A stretch of DNA of 64,000 bases from Adineta vaga (taxonomy: Eukaryota > Animalia > Rotifera): contig CP075497.1 of the NCBI GenBank assembly GCA_021613535.1, positions 12,090,001 to 12,154,000 of the forward strand, given 5' to 3'. The position numbers were made by a program, and so were the translations under genes. How positions within the stretch are numbered: the stretch's first letter is position 1; each line of letters opens with the position of its first letter. This document shows positions 1-13,789 of the stretch, one piece after another. The notes below the pieces were generated by a model. That model saw only the letters and a program-made list of their open reading frames with translations. It made no database searches and was not told the origin of the DNA.

Positions 1-116
1 GCTTCAACAACTAAACAGGTAAGAATAATATTCGATAATAATATTATTTATTGATTTCTTTTAAATAGGATTTAATGGATTATGTTGATTCCTTACCAGG
101 TGCTCCAAAAATGTGA
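1..116 (+). CDS. 3' end of an unidentified gene (last two exons, ...ASTTKQ|DLMDYVDSLPGAPKM*)
   Basis: GTAAG donor at 19, TAG acceptor at 68 (50-bp intron), in-frame continuation to TGA at 114-116. Too short to identify. Confidence 0.55.
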
Positions 117-347
117 AAACGCATTCACTGGATACTTTCTTAGTGCAATTTCTATCTTTTGATTTCTTCGAAAAAAAATATATAATAAAGCGTGTTTTTG
201 TGTGTGGGTGTGTGCATAAAGTTCGTTTATTAAAAGTGTTTTCTCTGTATAATAACAAATCGATCATTTCTTTTTTGTTTCTCTAATCTAAATTGAACAT
301 TTTCTATGTAAAAACAGCCAAGAATATATCTACGAAAACTTTCTTTT

Positions 348-1309
348 CTAAACTTTTTTGTTTATTAATGATAATAATGTTGTCAATTGTTTGGATTTTG
401 TTGAAGTTTGAATTGGACGTATTGTTGTTGTTTTTGTTGTTGTTGTCATGGTTGTTGTGCTTGTAGGATGACCGAAAAATTTTATACTCGAACAAAGTTC
501 TGGTAATGCATAACGACTCCATTGTCCATTGGATTCACATCGTTTACAATGAGGACCGAAAGCAAAGGCATAAATCGCAAAAACAGTCAAAGGTGAATAC
601 AATGTACCACCATCTAATGGTTTGATTTCACCCCATTCAGTGACTAAACGTGGATTTGCACGTAATAGTTCTGCATCACATCGAACAGTATCACATACTG
701 TTAATTGTGTCCAAAAACCTAATAAAAAGAAGAATAAATGATAGTTTGAAATATGAAAATATTGTTACCATCTCGACACGAACGACAGAAACGAACTCCA
801 TCAGGATCGGAACGTCGTTCGTAAACAGCAGTTGAAAGATCAGGAACTGTTTCTCGTGGATCATCATCGAAATATTTTAGACGATGATCAGGTTGTTCAA
901 TACGTAAACGACGAAATTCAAATGGAACAACCATTTTAGTTTCAATTTCGTTTAATAATTTGATTGAACATGGAGAAAATGTTTGTTCAATCAGAGAATT
1001 TGTTAAAGATTTTTTTAATAACGGTTGAGTTTTATTTATTATTGGTGGTGATGATGTTGCTTGTTTAATATCAATATGTGATAATGGAATAGGTTCAAGA
1101 ACAAAATCAGATGAACGTTGATGATCAAGCATACGTAAATTTCGAAGAAGTAATGATGAACGATTATTCGATGATGATGATGATATTTCATTTTCTGTTC
1201 GTTGAATCATATTTGTATCAATAATAATACATGCAGGAATTGAATATACTCGATATTTATCCAATAGTACAAGAGATAGAATGAAAATCATGGAAATATT
1301 CAATGACAT
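348..1309 (-). CDS. Secreted protein with two divergent Cys modules (sushi/CCP-like) and a Thr-rich tail
   Basis: Exons 769-1309 and 348-718, intron 719-768 (GT..AG). Hydrophobic N-terminus. Two C...CxxC-x2/3-G-x-W...C modules (CRSCRDGFWTQLTVC; CKRCESNGQWSRYALPELC). Confidence 0.65.
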
Positions 1310-1692
1310 GATTGATTGAAGTTGGTTTATGTTGATGTAGAAGACGAAGAATGAAATGAATAGAAAAGTATTAAGCTTTCTTTTATTTTTCGTCTTTCTT
1401 CGATGGACGACAGACAGCAGAGATTAACTAACGCATAATGTTTACCTATCGGTTCATGCAATCAAATGATGTGAGACAATAATATCATGCGATATTTAGT
1501 GTCTAATCTCTTTTCACTTATTGTTGTTATCGATAACCAAACAAAAACAATCGATCGAAGAAATCCGATAATCACCACTTTACAATTGTCTACGAGATTT
1601 TACACAATTCAAAGAGGATGAAAAATATTCCAAATGAGATTTATTTTATATCATCATTGCTTTATTCAACAAATAAAAACAATCACATTTAT

Positions 1693-2286
1693 TCACTGAG
1701 TTTCTTCTTCTTCTTCTTCTTCTTCATCTCCTGAACTTTCGTACGGTGGCATCATATCATCAACTGATGTTTCACCTTTCGTGTCTTCGTCTTGAATATC
1801 TTCAAATTCTTTTGGCCTAAAATTAAAAAAAAACAACTTTCATATTCAATCTATTAACTGTCACTATCATTTAACATACCAACAGTTTTGTGATCGAATA
1901 TATTTGATATTATCTCGAAGAAGAATTTGTATAATTTCTGCTTTTACTTTATCACCTTCTTCAATATCTTCAACAAGAACATAATCTCCTAAAAGGAAAT
2001 TTCTCAAGAGAAGAATTCAATAAGATGAAAGCAAACCTCGTTTTATGAAGATTGTCTTTCGAAATTTCGTTGGCATACTAACAAGAAACATTGTGCCATT
2101 CGGTGTGATTACTTCATGTAAATTATTTCCACGTGGTGCAACAATCTACCAGAAAAAAAGATCCATATGTTTTTTTCTTCATAAGATTCAATGACTCACT
2201 TTGACAATGTAATGTTTATCATCGGGTAATTCATATCGTTGAAGTGCTTCATTGACGACATGTTTCATTTTTGTTGTTGAAGACAT
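1693..2286 (-). CDS. EIF1AD: eIF1A domain-containing RNA-binding protein (4 exons)
   Basis: Spliced translation [15 protein letters not shown]...[12 protein letters not shown]...[36 protein letters not shown]...WPKEF with an acidic tail. These are EIF1AD signature motifs. Confidence 0.92.
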
Positions 2287-2557
2287 GTTCTAAAGAGAAA
2301 TATATATATATGCACACGTACACACAGACATTTCATATAAGTTTATTTTTTTCTCTATTGTTGCTGAGCAAAAATTCATCTGATCGTCAAAAAAAGAGAA
2401 AAAAAAAGAAAGACTCATCAAAAAGAAAGAAAGAAAGAACATACAACAAAATCCGAAGAGAGAATGAATGACCAGCATTCCGAGAAGAAAAAAAACCCGA
2501 AATCAAGATTATAAGACAACAAAGAAAAGAAAAGAAAACCAAAATCGATTGATCAAG

Positions 2558-4664
2558 TTAACTCGTTGAATCTCCATTCATACGTTGATAGAAAAGTAGA
2601 TAACTAAATAAAATTCGAAATAAATCTTCAATGAATCATTTTCATTTCTTAGTTAACATACCATTCACTTTTAAATACTTCTTCTGCGGATACTTCACAT
2701 ACACAATGATCATCACATCGAAACCTAAATGATCGCATAATTTCATTGAATCAAAAGATTTTTTTTTTGGAAATTTTTACCAACGATTTTGTAACTGAGG
2801 TTTAACGTAACACATATAATGTCCGGTTTCAACTGATGAACCAAAATGACTGATAACAGCAAATAGACAATATTTCGCATTTTCTTCATTGATATTTGTT
2901 TTCGTCATATAGGGAGTTAGATTAAGTTCAGCTGGAAATGAAATATGAGCTGATATTTTCTTTCGCATTTTCGATCGAGATTTTTTCAGATATTGAAAAC
3001 GCTAAAAAACAAATAAATCTTGAAAAGAACAAAATATCAAACCAATGAATTACTTTTAAATGAAAACAGGCAACAATCGGTGCTTGAGATATCGTTAATT
3101 TAATATTAGCTGACATTGACATTTGACATTTATCACAGTAGAAATTACTTAATGTTTCGGAATGTGTAAATCTTTTGGAAGAAAAGTAATAAACTTCATT
3201 TGAATTCAAATCAAATAACAAACCTCCATAGACAATTTTCAAGCGAAAATGATGATAATGGAAATGATTCATCTAGAAAAGATTTGTTGTTGTTGTTTTC
3301 TTTATATTGAAAATAACGATGAAGATATTTACCGTTGGATGATGAAAGTGGTAATTGAAGAGATATATCTCGAACAAGATCATTTTTCGTCGAAATAGAT
3401 CTAAAGAATTTCATGTTATTCTTATTTTCATTATTTTTTCATCTGAACTTACCCGCACTGAGAACATGTGATTTCGGATTGTAAAGCACCTTTAAAAAAT
3501 CGATCAATAATACAAGAACAAGTTTTTTCATCATTTGCTAAACGAAAAACAAAATATTTCAAACTTGGAAAAAAAACCCACGAAAACGAATCGTATTTTA
3601 CAATCGTCATTAGAATTTTGTGAATGAATTATATTAAATAAAGCCATTAATAATTCTTGTGCATCTTGTTCTTCAAAACCAGCTAAATGATTTTCATGTG
3701 TCCAGATTAAATACAATAATTGTGATGGAACAAATGGTTCATTCGTTGTTTGTCCTTCATGAACCTATGATTTTGGGAAAAGAATTTCTTTATTTTGACT
3801 TTTTCTTCATCGAGATATTTACATGATGATATAATCGACGTAATTGACACATAATACAATTATTATTTGTATGATTACTATCTTTTGATTGACAATGATG
3901 TTGTTTTTCCGAAAGAAAACAATCACGAAGAACTATTTCAAAACAAAAAAAGCTTTTCGAACGGAAATCAAGAGATCGACGTGTTCTTTTTTACCAGGTG
4001 CATGAACAAAAGCTTGTAAAACACTATTCATAAAACAAGTATTACCGAGATTGAGAAGTCCACAGATACCTGAATGAAAATATTAAATTAATCGAGGGAA
4101 AATTGATATTTTACCTCCAATTGTATTTGAAGGTGATGGATTATTAGTTGGATTTTGTTGTGATAAAACAATTTTTCGTCGTGCTCGTTCAAAAACTGGA
4201 TCATATTGAACATCTCCGCAAATATAACAATGAACAAAAAGCCGTTTGATATCAATTGTAAGTGGATGTGATACTAATCTTGCATGTTGTTGTGCATGAT
4301 GACGACATAAACATGATGAACATTCTAAACAAATACGACATTGTTCATCTAAATTGCATTCACGACATTTTGGAATCTAAAGTCAAGAAAAAAAAGAGAG
4401 AGAAAATGAACGAAATTGTTTGAACAAACGAAATCTTACTCGATGTTTATTGATTAAATTTTGTAAATGTGTAAAACAACTGGTATGTTGAATACGATAT
4501 TTTTGTTTAAGTTTTTCAATTTCTTGACACGGAAATTTATGTAAACGTGTTTGAACAACAACTGGCGAATTATTCGCTGTCGAACAAACAGATCGTGGTG
4601 GTGATGAAACTAAATTTATTGTTGGAAACGAAGATGAATTTGTTGATGAAGATAATTCAATCAT
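2558..4664 (-). CDS. USP22: Ubiquitin carboxyl-terminal hydrolase, USP22/27/51 family (ZnF-UBP + peptidase C19), multi-exon
   Basis: Cys box GLLNLGNTCFMNSVLQAF, HLAGFEEQDAQE, His box LFAVISHFGSSVETGHY, WFRCDD, YLLFYQR*. N-terminal Cys/His zinc finger at 4200-4375. Many short GT-AG introns. Confidence 0.85.
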
Positions 4665-5538
4665 TGTTATTTTCTTGATTTGATTTTCAGATAACAAATA
4701 TTTATTAGTGTAAAAAGAATTTTCAAAAGCTTTACATGATGATTCATATTAACACATGTCGATGAGCTAATGAGTCATGATTTCACATAGGAAAAATAGA
4801 TTGAATTTTTATATTTTACGATGTTTTTTTTTTCAGAAGAATATTCTTCTTGGAAATTTTAAAAAAATAATCTAATCAAATTATTGATTGATTTTATTTA
4901 CGAGAAACGAACCAATAATGTTTGTCTTCTCTGTCAACTAACGACACCTTTCTTTTCTTCTTTCGAATAGACTTGCTCCGGAAATAATAAATCTTAGACT
5001 AAAGTTCTCTTCCTAGTGAACAACATCCGAAATCTTTTTGTTTGATAAAATGTATATTGATTTCCTGTCTAAGATACATTATTTAGTAAAAGACAAAGAG
5101 AAAACCTAATAAATATTCAGTAATTCATCGAGCAAATGATTTTTATGTTTTGAAATTGTTGTTTTATTTATATAAATAAGTTTATTTAAAAAACAGAATT
5201 ACAAAAATAGATTTGTATATATATATAGAGAGAGAGAGAACTGAGAAGATTTGTTATTAATATATGGAATGTATTAGAAAAAGTATAGATGATAAATATA
5301 TTCGAAAGGGAAAGGTTTTAAAAAAAAGAATTAAATAATTCTTTCTTTTCAAGTCTACATTCGAATACAAACACACACAATCACACTCACACTTAATGCT
5401 GAATAATAGAATATGAATAAGTAGATATATATATATATATAATAGAAAGCAAGAAAGAGTAAAGTTTGTTTTTCAGTTCAATATTCGATCATCAGGATTT
5501 GAGAAAGAAGTTTTGGTTGAAATCAAATCTTTCGATGA

Positions 5539-6393
5539 TTAATATGGTATTGATACTTTTCGTTGTCGATGAGTTGCATCTGAATATTGAATATCTAAAT
5601 ATTAATAAAAACAAATTATTAACGGACGAAAACAGAACAAATCATGCGAATTTTGTACACAAACACTTCATGTTAACAAAACACCTACTGAATCTCTCGA
5701 ACGAATATTCTGTTAGTAAATAAGATTTAATTAAATGAATAATTATTTTCAAGATCTCTTTAGTTATTTTATGTTAAATATTTACCTTGTTTTGACCAAT
5801 TATCAGCTGTATATCGACGACCTTCACGTGCTACAAAATGAAAATATTCCAAATCGTTTTGTCTTTTCTTTTCTCGAATGAATATAATTCAATCTACCTT
5901 CATAACTTTCATCTGTACGAACAATTGGAGCTGGTGTCCAATCAGGAAGATCATCAATTTTTCTATAAAGTTTTTCTCGACGTTCAACTGTTGTTATTGG
6001 TGCATATTGAACAGGAATATTTCTTGTTGTTGATAATGTACTTTGATATTCTCGATAAGTAACAGGAACAGAAACAGGAACAGTTCGTTCGAAACTATAC
6101 GTATCTTGTTTAATGACTTCTCGATCAACAACATCATCATGAATTTGCCAAGTAAGATGACGATCAAAATCATCGATAAATCTTGATGTTCGTCGTTGGA
6201 AAAAGAATGGATCATCTAATGGTTCCCAGATAAGTGGAGGAGCAACATAACTTCGTGAAATTCGTGTTGAACTTGCTGTTCGTTGAAGATTTGAACTACT
6301 GTAACTTGTTGACAATCGATTAAGATTGCCGTATGATGATGAACGAGAATAATATGAACGAGAATCTCGAGAATAATCACGTGCTATTGACAT
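5539..6393 (-). CDS. Uncharacterised Ser/Arg/Tyr-rich protein (3-4 exons)
   Basis: Long first exon from ATG 6393, spliced to AREGRRYTADNWSKQ, an optional 21-nt exon (5689-5709), and IQYSDATHRQRKVSIPY* (TAA 5539-5541). Confidence 0.65.
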
Positions 6394-9183
6394 TTTGAAG
6401 AAAAAACTTTGAATTTTTTTTTCTATTTAAAAAATCTAGAAGAACATAAAGATGAAACTTTAAAATAAAATAGAAGTTTTCAAATAAAAGAAAAGAAACA
6501 GTGAAAATCTTCATGCAAACATAACCTTTCTCATCACATATGTCTTGATCTTCATTGAATATCTCTTCTAAAAAAGAAATTGTACATTTATAATAAAATG
6601 AAAATAGTATTGATCGATCTTACTTTTTATCGTCTATTTTAATGTGGAAAATGTCCGTCGTTCGCTTTTTTTTTTCAAATGAAGAAAAAAAACAACCACA
6701 TTTTTTTCAAATGATGGAAATTGTCTTCTTCGTTTCAATTGTAAGTAATGCCGTGACATTGGAAAATGAATTGAATAATTGAAATTGAAACAAGAAAAAA
6801 TCTTCCATCAGTTGGATTGCGTTGCTCAGTATAATTTCGGACGGAATCGAACCGTCTCCAAAAGTACCCGAAACTTTTATCATACCATTAGACAACGAAG
6901 TAACTGATCAACTAAGCCAACTTGATTAGTGAAAGAACGAATGCATTTGATAAACCTTTTATACTTGGATGTTGAGCAATAACTTCAATCCACTTCTAAT
7001 TGAAATGAAGAGGAAAAAAACATCAACACCATTTACGTGTCCTTGAGAAAAAAAAAGACATAGTTGTAGTAGAAAATCGATTTGTGTATTCGTGCTGAAA
7101 TAGAAATACGAAGAATAAATAATATCAAAGATATATGAAAAATAAAATAGAAGGACAAAAACAATCTCTTTATTATTCCAAATAAATATATTCACTCATG
7201 TTTTTCTTCATTCGACTAGTTGTTATGATCTTCTACGCAATAAAGATCATCGTCTATATATATATGTATGTATATTAGTTGATAGTTAGATTTTCACACC
7301 TGGTATTAAATATCAATACTAATCTTTTTCAAACAGATGTTATTTATTCCAATTGAATAAACAGAAATCAATTAGAATAAGAAGATCTATTTAGTCATTT
7401 ATATCGATAATATGTATATAAATAACCAGATAAGTTAGAATAATAATCGATTGTTTTTACAGATTAGTTCTTATCTTATATTTGAATGATTAATCTAATA
7501 TATAAGACATGATCTCATTTTTAGAAACACTTGATTCATATTATAGTATAAAAATAGAAGAGAAAAAAGAAAGATATTCATTATTATCATATCTTCACGT
7601 GAATATTCTATTTTAATTTACATATAAACTAACTATCTTTATTCTCTTTCTATCGTAAATAATTACAAGTCATCTTGAAAATGTACTTTAATGTACGTAT
7701 CTTCTAAAAGATAGCTTAAAAACATGTCTAGTGAAGATATTTATAAATGATATTATTTGTCACTTGTACATGTGTCATTCCGGATGAAGTTACAAGTTAA
7801 TTTGAAAAAGTTTCTATTCATTCCATGTCACGCACTTGTCTATATATTCTGTTTAGTATTCAATTCATGTAATATAATTTGAACTTTTTTAATCAAAAAC
7901 AAATTTTTCTATTTAACCGGACAAAGATCACGTTCATGAAAATTCTTCAATATTGTTTCGTTTTTCTTTCCCCTCTATGAATTCGATGAATATATTATCA
8001 ATCGAATAAAAAGCACAAAAAAACTTTGATTTCTATTTTTTTTGTTCTCATCACACATTCATTTTTAATCACGCGATCATTACAAATGTATTCATCTATT
8101 CACAACTGACTTGTTCTTTTTTCTTCTCTCTTCAGTAGGTGTATTGTTAATTTCAATAAGATATATCTTGCAAAGAAATTCCAAGATTAACGTCATTTCC
8201 GATTAGATATATTTTTCTAATCCGTTTGTGTCATATCTTTAATCTTCTATTTCGAAAATAAGAAGAAGAAGAAAAAAAAACTCCGTCTGTAGTTAAACTA
8301 TATTGAGCGCGAAGAAGGAAGATAAGTAAAGAAAAACTAACATGAATAGTAAATAGTAGGAACACTTTACTTTGTTAAACTAACGGAAAAAATAGTTCGT
8401 TTATTTGGTTAGAGTAGAGAAAATTCCCTTTAGGCAATGAGGAAAAAACATGATTATTTTCAATAAAAAAAAAGCGATTGAAGAATAATACGAGATTTAT
8501 TTTCTCGTTCGATTCAATAGAATCGATCAATGAAGAAGTAAGTTTATCGTTCGTCGATTTAGTTTCTATTAATATTCGAAAGAATAAATCTCTCCCAATG
8601 TTTTGATGACCTGAGAAAATCTTGATTTGTCAAACATCATTTTGAACAAATATTATCATCAGAAAAGAAAACGAAGCGTTTTTTTTTTTTAATAATATAA
8701 TGCAAAGTAGTCATTTTCTTCTTAGATTATTAAGCATCCAGATAATTATATTCCATTGTAATTCTCTTTTGGGTCATTAACTTTGATCTAGAATAGTTTT
8801 ATGATCGATTTCATTATTCTTAATGCCAAGGAAATGTTTGAGTTAACAAAGCTAAGAACATTTTCTCATAGGAAAAGTAAGTGTCTATTTGAAAAAAAAA
8901 GATTCTATTCAGGTGAAAGATGAGTTCTTTTTTTTTTGTTCTGGATGAATTATTTTCAAAGAAAATTAATTTTTCTGGAGAATCATCGACACGCATCATA
9001 TCATATATATATATTTTGTATGATATTTATAAGTTTCAAGATTCGTGTTCATTTTTGAAAGTCTTAATAGAGTTAATCGCCTTATATATTTCATCTCGAG
9101 TTGACGACAGTTTCTTTCCCGAAGAAGATTGATGAAAGATTTAACCTGGAGATAAATTTTCTTTGATTTGAATCTTATTTTAG

Positions 9184-10623
9184 ATGAGTAATTTAACATT
9201 ATCTGATGATTTTATATTAGCTCAAGATGAAATCGATTATTTATGGCAAATAATAAATAAATCTCCATCCGATCCACTTTATTCTTGGATATCATATGCA
9301 ACATTTATTTTTGCTGTTCTCGGTTCATTAAGTAATCTTATGTCTGTTATGGTTCTATTAAAGTTAAGTTCACATTTAGCAACATTTGTTTATTTAACAA
9401 GTTTATCTTTATCGGATATGATAACATGTTTATCAATAATGATTGCTCAACTTTTGGAATTTCTTCTTCAAACACGACGAAGTACAGCCATTGCCATTGC
9501 ATTTCGTCAAATTGAAATTCTATGTGGAGCATTAGGTGCCGGTGGTCGAGTTCTATCCTTTTGGATTTCTACAGCTGTTACAATGGATCGTTGGTTATTA
9601 ATTTGTTATCCGGTCTATGGAAGAACGTTTTGTACATTAAATCGTGCAAGAAATGTTGCTCGAACATTATTTATTCTTGCATTTATTTATACGGTTCCAT
9701 TATTTTTTGAATATGAAATTGTACAAGTGCCAAGTGTTTATCAAATGATGAATCGTGATAACCAATCTCTAACATCAATGAATGAAAAATCAACTAAAAA
9801 TAGTATGTTGATTACGAAAGGATATTCGGATTTAGCTCGACGAAGATTATTTCGTTGGTCTTATATGTTTTTCAATGTGATTTTTGTTTATACATTACCT
9901 TCATTAACAATCGTATCTTTTAATATACAATTAATTCGTGCTTTACATCGTTTAAAATCTCGTTCCAAACGTCTTCGTCAAAAGATTTATTTCAAATCTT
10001 CAGATCATCACAATCGTCGTCATTTTCATCATTCGAAATATTCCGTCACTCTGATGGTTATCATTATGGTCTTAACATTACTTCTATGTCGAAGTCCAAC
10101 TGTTGTTCTTTGGGTTTTATGGTCATTTGAATTAACAATAAAGATCTTTTTTGATTCGACATCAAGTTCCGGTTTTCGACGTTTCCATCATATTGCAAAT
10201 CTCATTGCGATTGTCAATGCAGCAACAAATTTTATTCCATTTTGTGTTTTCGGACAATTATTTCGTGCTGAATGTTTAACACTTTATTGTTGTCGAAAAC
10301 CAACAAGTGAACAATTAGCTCGACAAGCCAAACGAAAATATGAAGAAAAATATCAACATTTAAAACGAAATTCTCGAACAAAATTAGTTACACATGATCC
10401 ACAAACAACACAATCCGGACGAGATTATCTTCGTACAATTCCATCTTTGAATTCCGAGTCAACGAGTGGAAGAACACCTCCATCATCAAATGATCAAAAT
10501 TTTTCGACGAATATTTTACGATTATCCGACCCACCCGTGAATTCAAATGGAAATAATCAACAGTCTCAACCGAGACTTTCAATTAATACAACACCTTTAT
10601 TTAATGAAACGATTGGTTTATGA
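9184..10623 (+). CDS. Class A (rhodopsin-like) neuropeptide GPCR, FMRFamide/sex-peptide-receptor-like
   Basis: 479-aa single-exon ORF with 7 hydrophobic segments; FVYLTSLSLSD (TM2), TMDRW (DRY variant), LLCRSP (TM6), NAATNFIPFC (TM7). Confidence 0.88.
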   Translation: MSNLTLSDDFILAQDEIDYLWQIINKSPSDPLYSWISYATFIFAVLGSLSNLMSVMVLLKLSSHLATFVYLTSLSLSDMITCLSIMIAQLLEFLLQTRRSTAIAIAFRQIEILCGALGAGGRVLSFWISTAVTMDRWLLICYPVYGRTFCTLNRARNVARTLFILAFIYTVPLFFEYEIVQVPSVYQMMNRDNQSLTSMNEKSTKNSMLITKGYSDLARRRLFRWSYMFFNVIFVYTLPSLTIVSFNIQLIRALHRLKSRSKRLRQKIYFKSSDHHNRRHFHHSKYSVTLMVIIMVLTLLLCRSPTVVLWVLWSFELTIKIFFDSTSSSGFRRFHHIANLIAIVNAATNFIPFCVFGQLFRAECLTLYCCRKPTSEQLARQAKRKYEEKYQHLKRNSRTKLVTHDPQTTQSGRDYLRTIPSLNSESTSGRTPPSSNDQNFSTNILRLSDPPVNSNGNNQQSQPRLSINTTPLFNETIGL

Positions 10624-10895
10624 TTAAAATAGATTTCAAACAAATAATTATATATTTCTCATGCGTTCGTCACTTATTCATTAAAAACAAGAAAAAAAAC
10701 GACTTTTCCTGGAAGATCTATATTTACATCAAAGCGCTAAATAAAATGAAACATGAGATAATTATATGCAAAAACGTTCTTTATTATTAACAATGAATCT
10801 TTTGCTTTTTTGAACTTAAGAAGAAAAACATGATATTTTCAAATAAAGATTAGATTTCACCGTTTACAAATATATAGAAAAGATCGAATTAAAAT

Positions 10896-12700
10896 TTAAT
10901 GTTGTCTTTTCTTCTGATAAAATCTATATAATGGAATTATTCCACCGATTAAACCACCACAAATCATTATTGTACCGACTAAAGCAAATGGTATAATCCA
11001 ATTTTGAGTCTTATCTTTTAACAAACCTATTTAAAGAAAAGAAAATAAGTTTCAACTTTATTCACGTTCAATTTGACTAACCAAGTAATGGATATCCGAA
11101 TAATGAAGTTGATCCACTGACTAATAAACTAAATCCATAAGCAATTGCATAACGATGTATTCCAACAACTTCAATCATAATAACATTTCCTAAAGCATTC
11201 GAAGCTGCAAGAAAAAATGCATGAATACCATAGAGTACACATAAACTAATCAATCCAAATGATCCAATTAAAGGTGTTATACTTAGAGATAAACCAGCAA
11301 GAATCGATGTACATGTCCAGAGAATGATTGGATCAAGGGATTCAATATCACCTAAATACCTATGAAAGAATTAATGAAATAAAAGATACCGAATGATTTC
11401 TCATTGAATTTTACCCGAAGAATAATTGTCCGATGAGATCAGAAATACCAATGATAGAAATTAATAGAGTAGATCGATGTTCAGATTGATTTGTTGTTTT
11501 GAGCAGATCGATTAGAAATAGAAAATTTGTTTCATCTAATGACCAAATGAAGATCATTGAGATAATTAAGATACGAAATGAATTGATTCGAAGAACGGAA
11601 GAAATTTCTGAGAAGATTCTCCGAAGAAAATCTTTTGAAGAGATTTCAGATGTTTGAATTTTTTGTTTGTTAGATGGTATATTTAAATGAGAATGATGAT
11701 CAGAATGAGGAAGAACTTGATGAGTATTGATATTTGATGATTGAAATGTATGAGATTTAAGAAGAATTGGAGAAGAATTTAAAGAACTATAGGAAAAATA
11801 AAATTCAATGAAAAAGAATTTTCCAAAAATACTTTTGTGAATTTTCTTTAAGATTTGAATTTAATTCTTCATGAATTCTTGGAATATTCATTAAAAATCG
11901 ATCACTATTCAAATGTTGTTGATGATATTGTAGTGGAATTGGTAAAAGTGATGTTCGTCGACTATAAATCACTCGATTACCTGATATATCCGATCGATGT
12001 GATGTTGTATTGAAATATTCTCTCTCATTTTCATCAATATTTTCATTATCTTGTTGTTCAATGCTAAGAATACCTTTACCAAAAAGAGCTCCAGCAAGTC
12101 CAACACTTAACCACAAACAACTTGAAAGAAGTGTTGCACCACGAAGACCATATTTATCAAGAAGATATTGAAGTAAAAATGGAATTGTTAACATTCCAAT
12201 CGATGCACCACTTACTGCAGATGCAGTTGCTAATGAAACACGATTTGAATGAAAATATGGTGGAATAGCTAAAATAGCCTAAATTACAATTAACAAATAT
12301 TTTTCTATTATTTAAAACTTACAGGTACAAGCATAAGAGTTTCACCCATTCCAATCATAAATCCATAGAATAAACAAAATGCCCAATAATCACCAATACT
12401 TGCTGATAAAATTGAACCTATTGTTGAAATAAACGCACCTGAAATTGTTACTCGTCGAACACCATATTTAATTGTTAATATACTTGTAAAAATACTCATA
12501 AGAGACATTGTACCAATTTGTATTGAACCTGGAAGTGTTGATTGAAATGATGATAATTGAAAAGTAATTTTAAATGCATCTTCAAAGATTCCAGTTGAAG
12601 ATAGAAATCCCCAAATGATAACATTAACATAGAATGAACATGTACAGATCACAAAACGCCAACGAAGACGTGTTAAATCAATTGTTTCATTATTTGTCAT
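10896..12700 (-). CDS. MFS monocarboxylate transporter (SLC16/MCT-like), multi-exon
   Basis: Motifs ILTIKYGVRRVTISG, PPYFHSNRVSLATASAVSGASIG, LLDKYGLRGATL, a central hydrophilic loop, ISDLIGQ, GLLKDKTQNW; stop TAA 10896-10898. The start could instead be 12757. Confidence 0.85.
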
Positions 12701-13555
12701 GATAACATTGTGGCGCGTTAGATAAAAAGAAGAATAAGATCTCTCTTTCAATAACATTCATTTATTCTTTTCATTAGCCAGTTCATTCTCTTTCGGTGTT
12801 GTTGCTGTTATTGTACGTAAGGAAAGTTTTGATGGTAAAAACTTTCGCTCAACTTTCTCGTCATTTAAGAGCCCAGAACAAGTTATACTCACATCTACTT
12901 GGATACTCAAACAATTCTTTCAAGATGAAATATAACGGACGAAAAGAAAGTTTCTAGTATGGTAAAAAAGTCACATTATAAACGATAAATAGTATATGTT
13001 GTTGGAAATCTTGTCTTTCAATTAACAGACACGAAGCCTTACAATTATGTAAGATTCTTATTTTGATGTTTTGACTTATTTTCAAAGAATTTGTTGAGCT
13101 CTACTGAACTGCTTATATAAAGAAATTTTTAAATTATATTCTTATCACATCAATTTGGCAAAAAGTTGCATATCTTTTTTTACGTATGAAAAATGCGAAA
13201 ATAATAAATAAAAGATCTCTCTCGCTTGCACTCAATGACGTATATTTGAATCAACAGTGGTTATTGAGATATAAGAAACAATAAGAAGTTGCTGTCTGAA
13301 GAAGAATCACGGAGTATAATTCGACTAAACACGATATAATATCCATTCTCTAAGAATGAACAAATATCTTTCATCGTTTGTATGTTATTTACGAGGTGAT
13401 ATCAGAAGTTCTCAGGATCAAATTATGTAATACATTTCCATGTATCAATAAATAATAAAACTTTTTATTTAAAAACAACACTCATGGAAAATAGAAAATA
13501 TTATTTCAACGTTTTTTAGAGCATAATTTAATAGGAATTGTTGATAACAAAACGA

Positions 13556-13693
13556 TGGAGAAGGACAGAAAAATCATATACTGTAGGTGAACATGTTACA
13601 TATAAAGGAAAAACATATGAATATCTTCAATCACATATAGCGCTAACTAGTTGGACTCCATTTGCGATTGCTGCACTTTGGCAACTTGTTTAA
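13556..13693 (+). pseudogene. Remnant of the chitinase C-terminal chitin-binding domain (paralog of 57000-57135)
   Basis: Translates KSYTVGEHVTYKGKTYEYLQSHIALTSWTPFAIAALWQLV*, versus KSYTVGERVTFEGKTYQCLQSHTSLPNWTPAAIAALWKLI* in the intact gene. No in-frame ATG or upstream GH18 sequence visible. Confidence 0.85.
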
Positions 13694-13789
13694 TTTTAAC
13701 TCTTTCTTTCTTTCGTCTTCATGTATTTCATAAAAGGTTCACGATAAAATCAAACATATATTTTAATTTAAGTTAAGATTATATTTATT

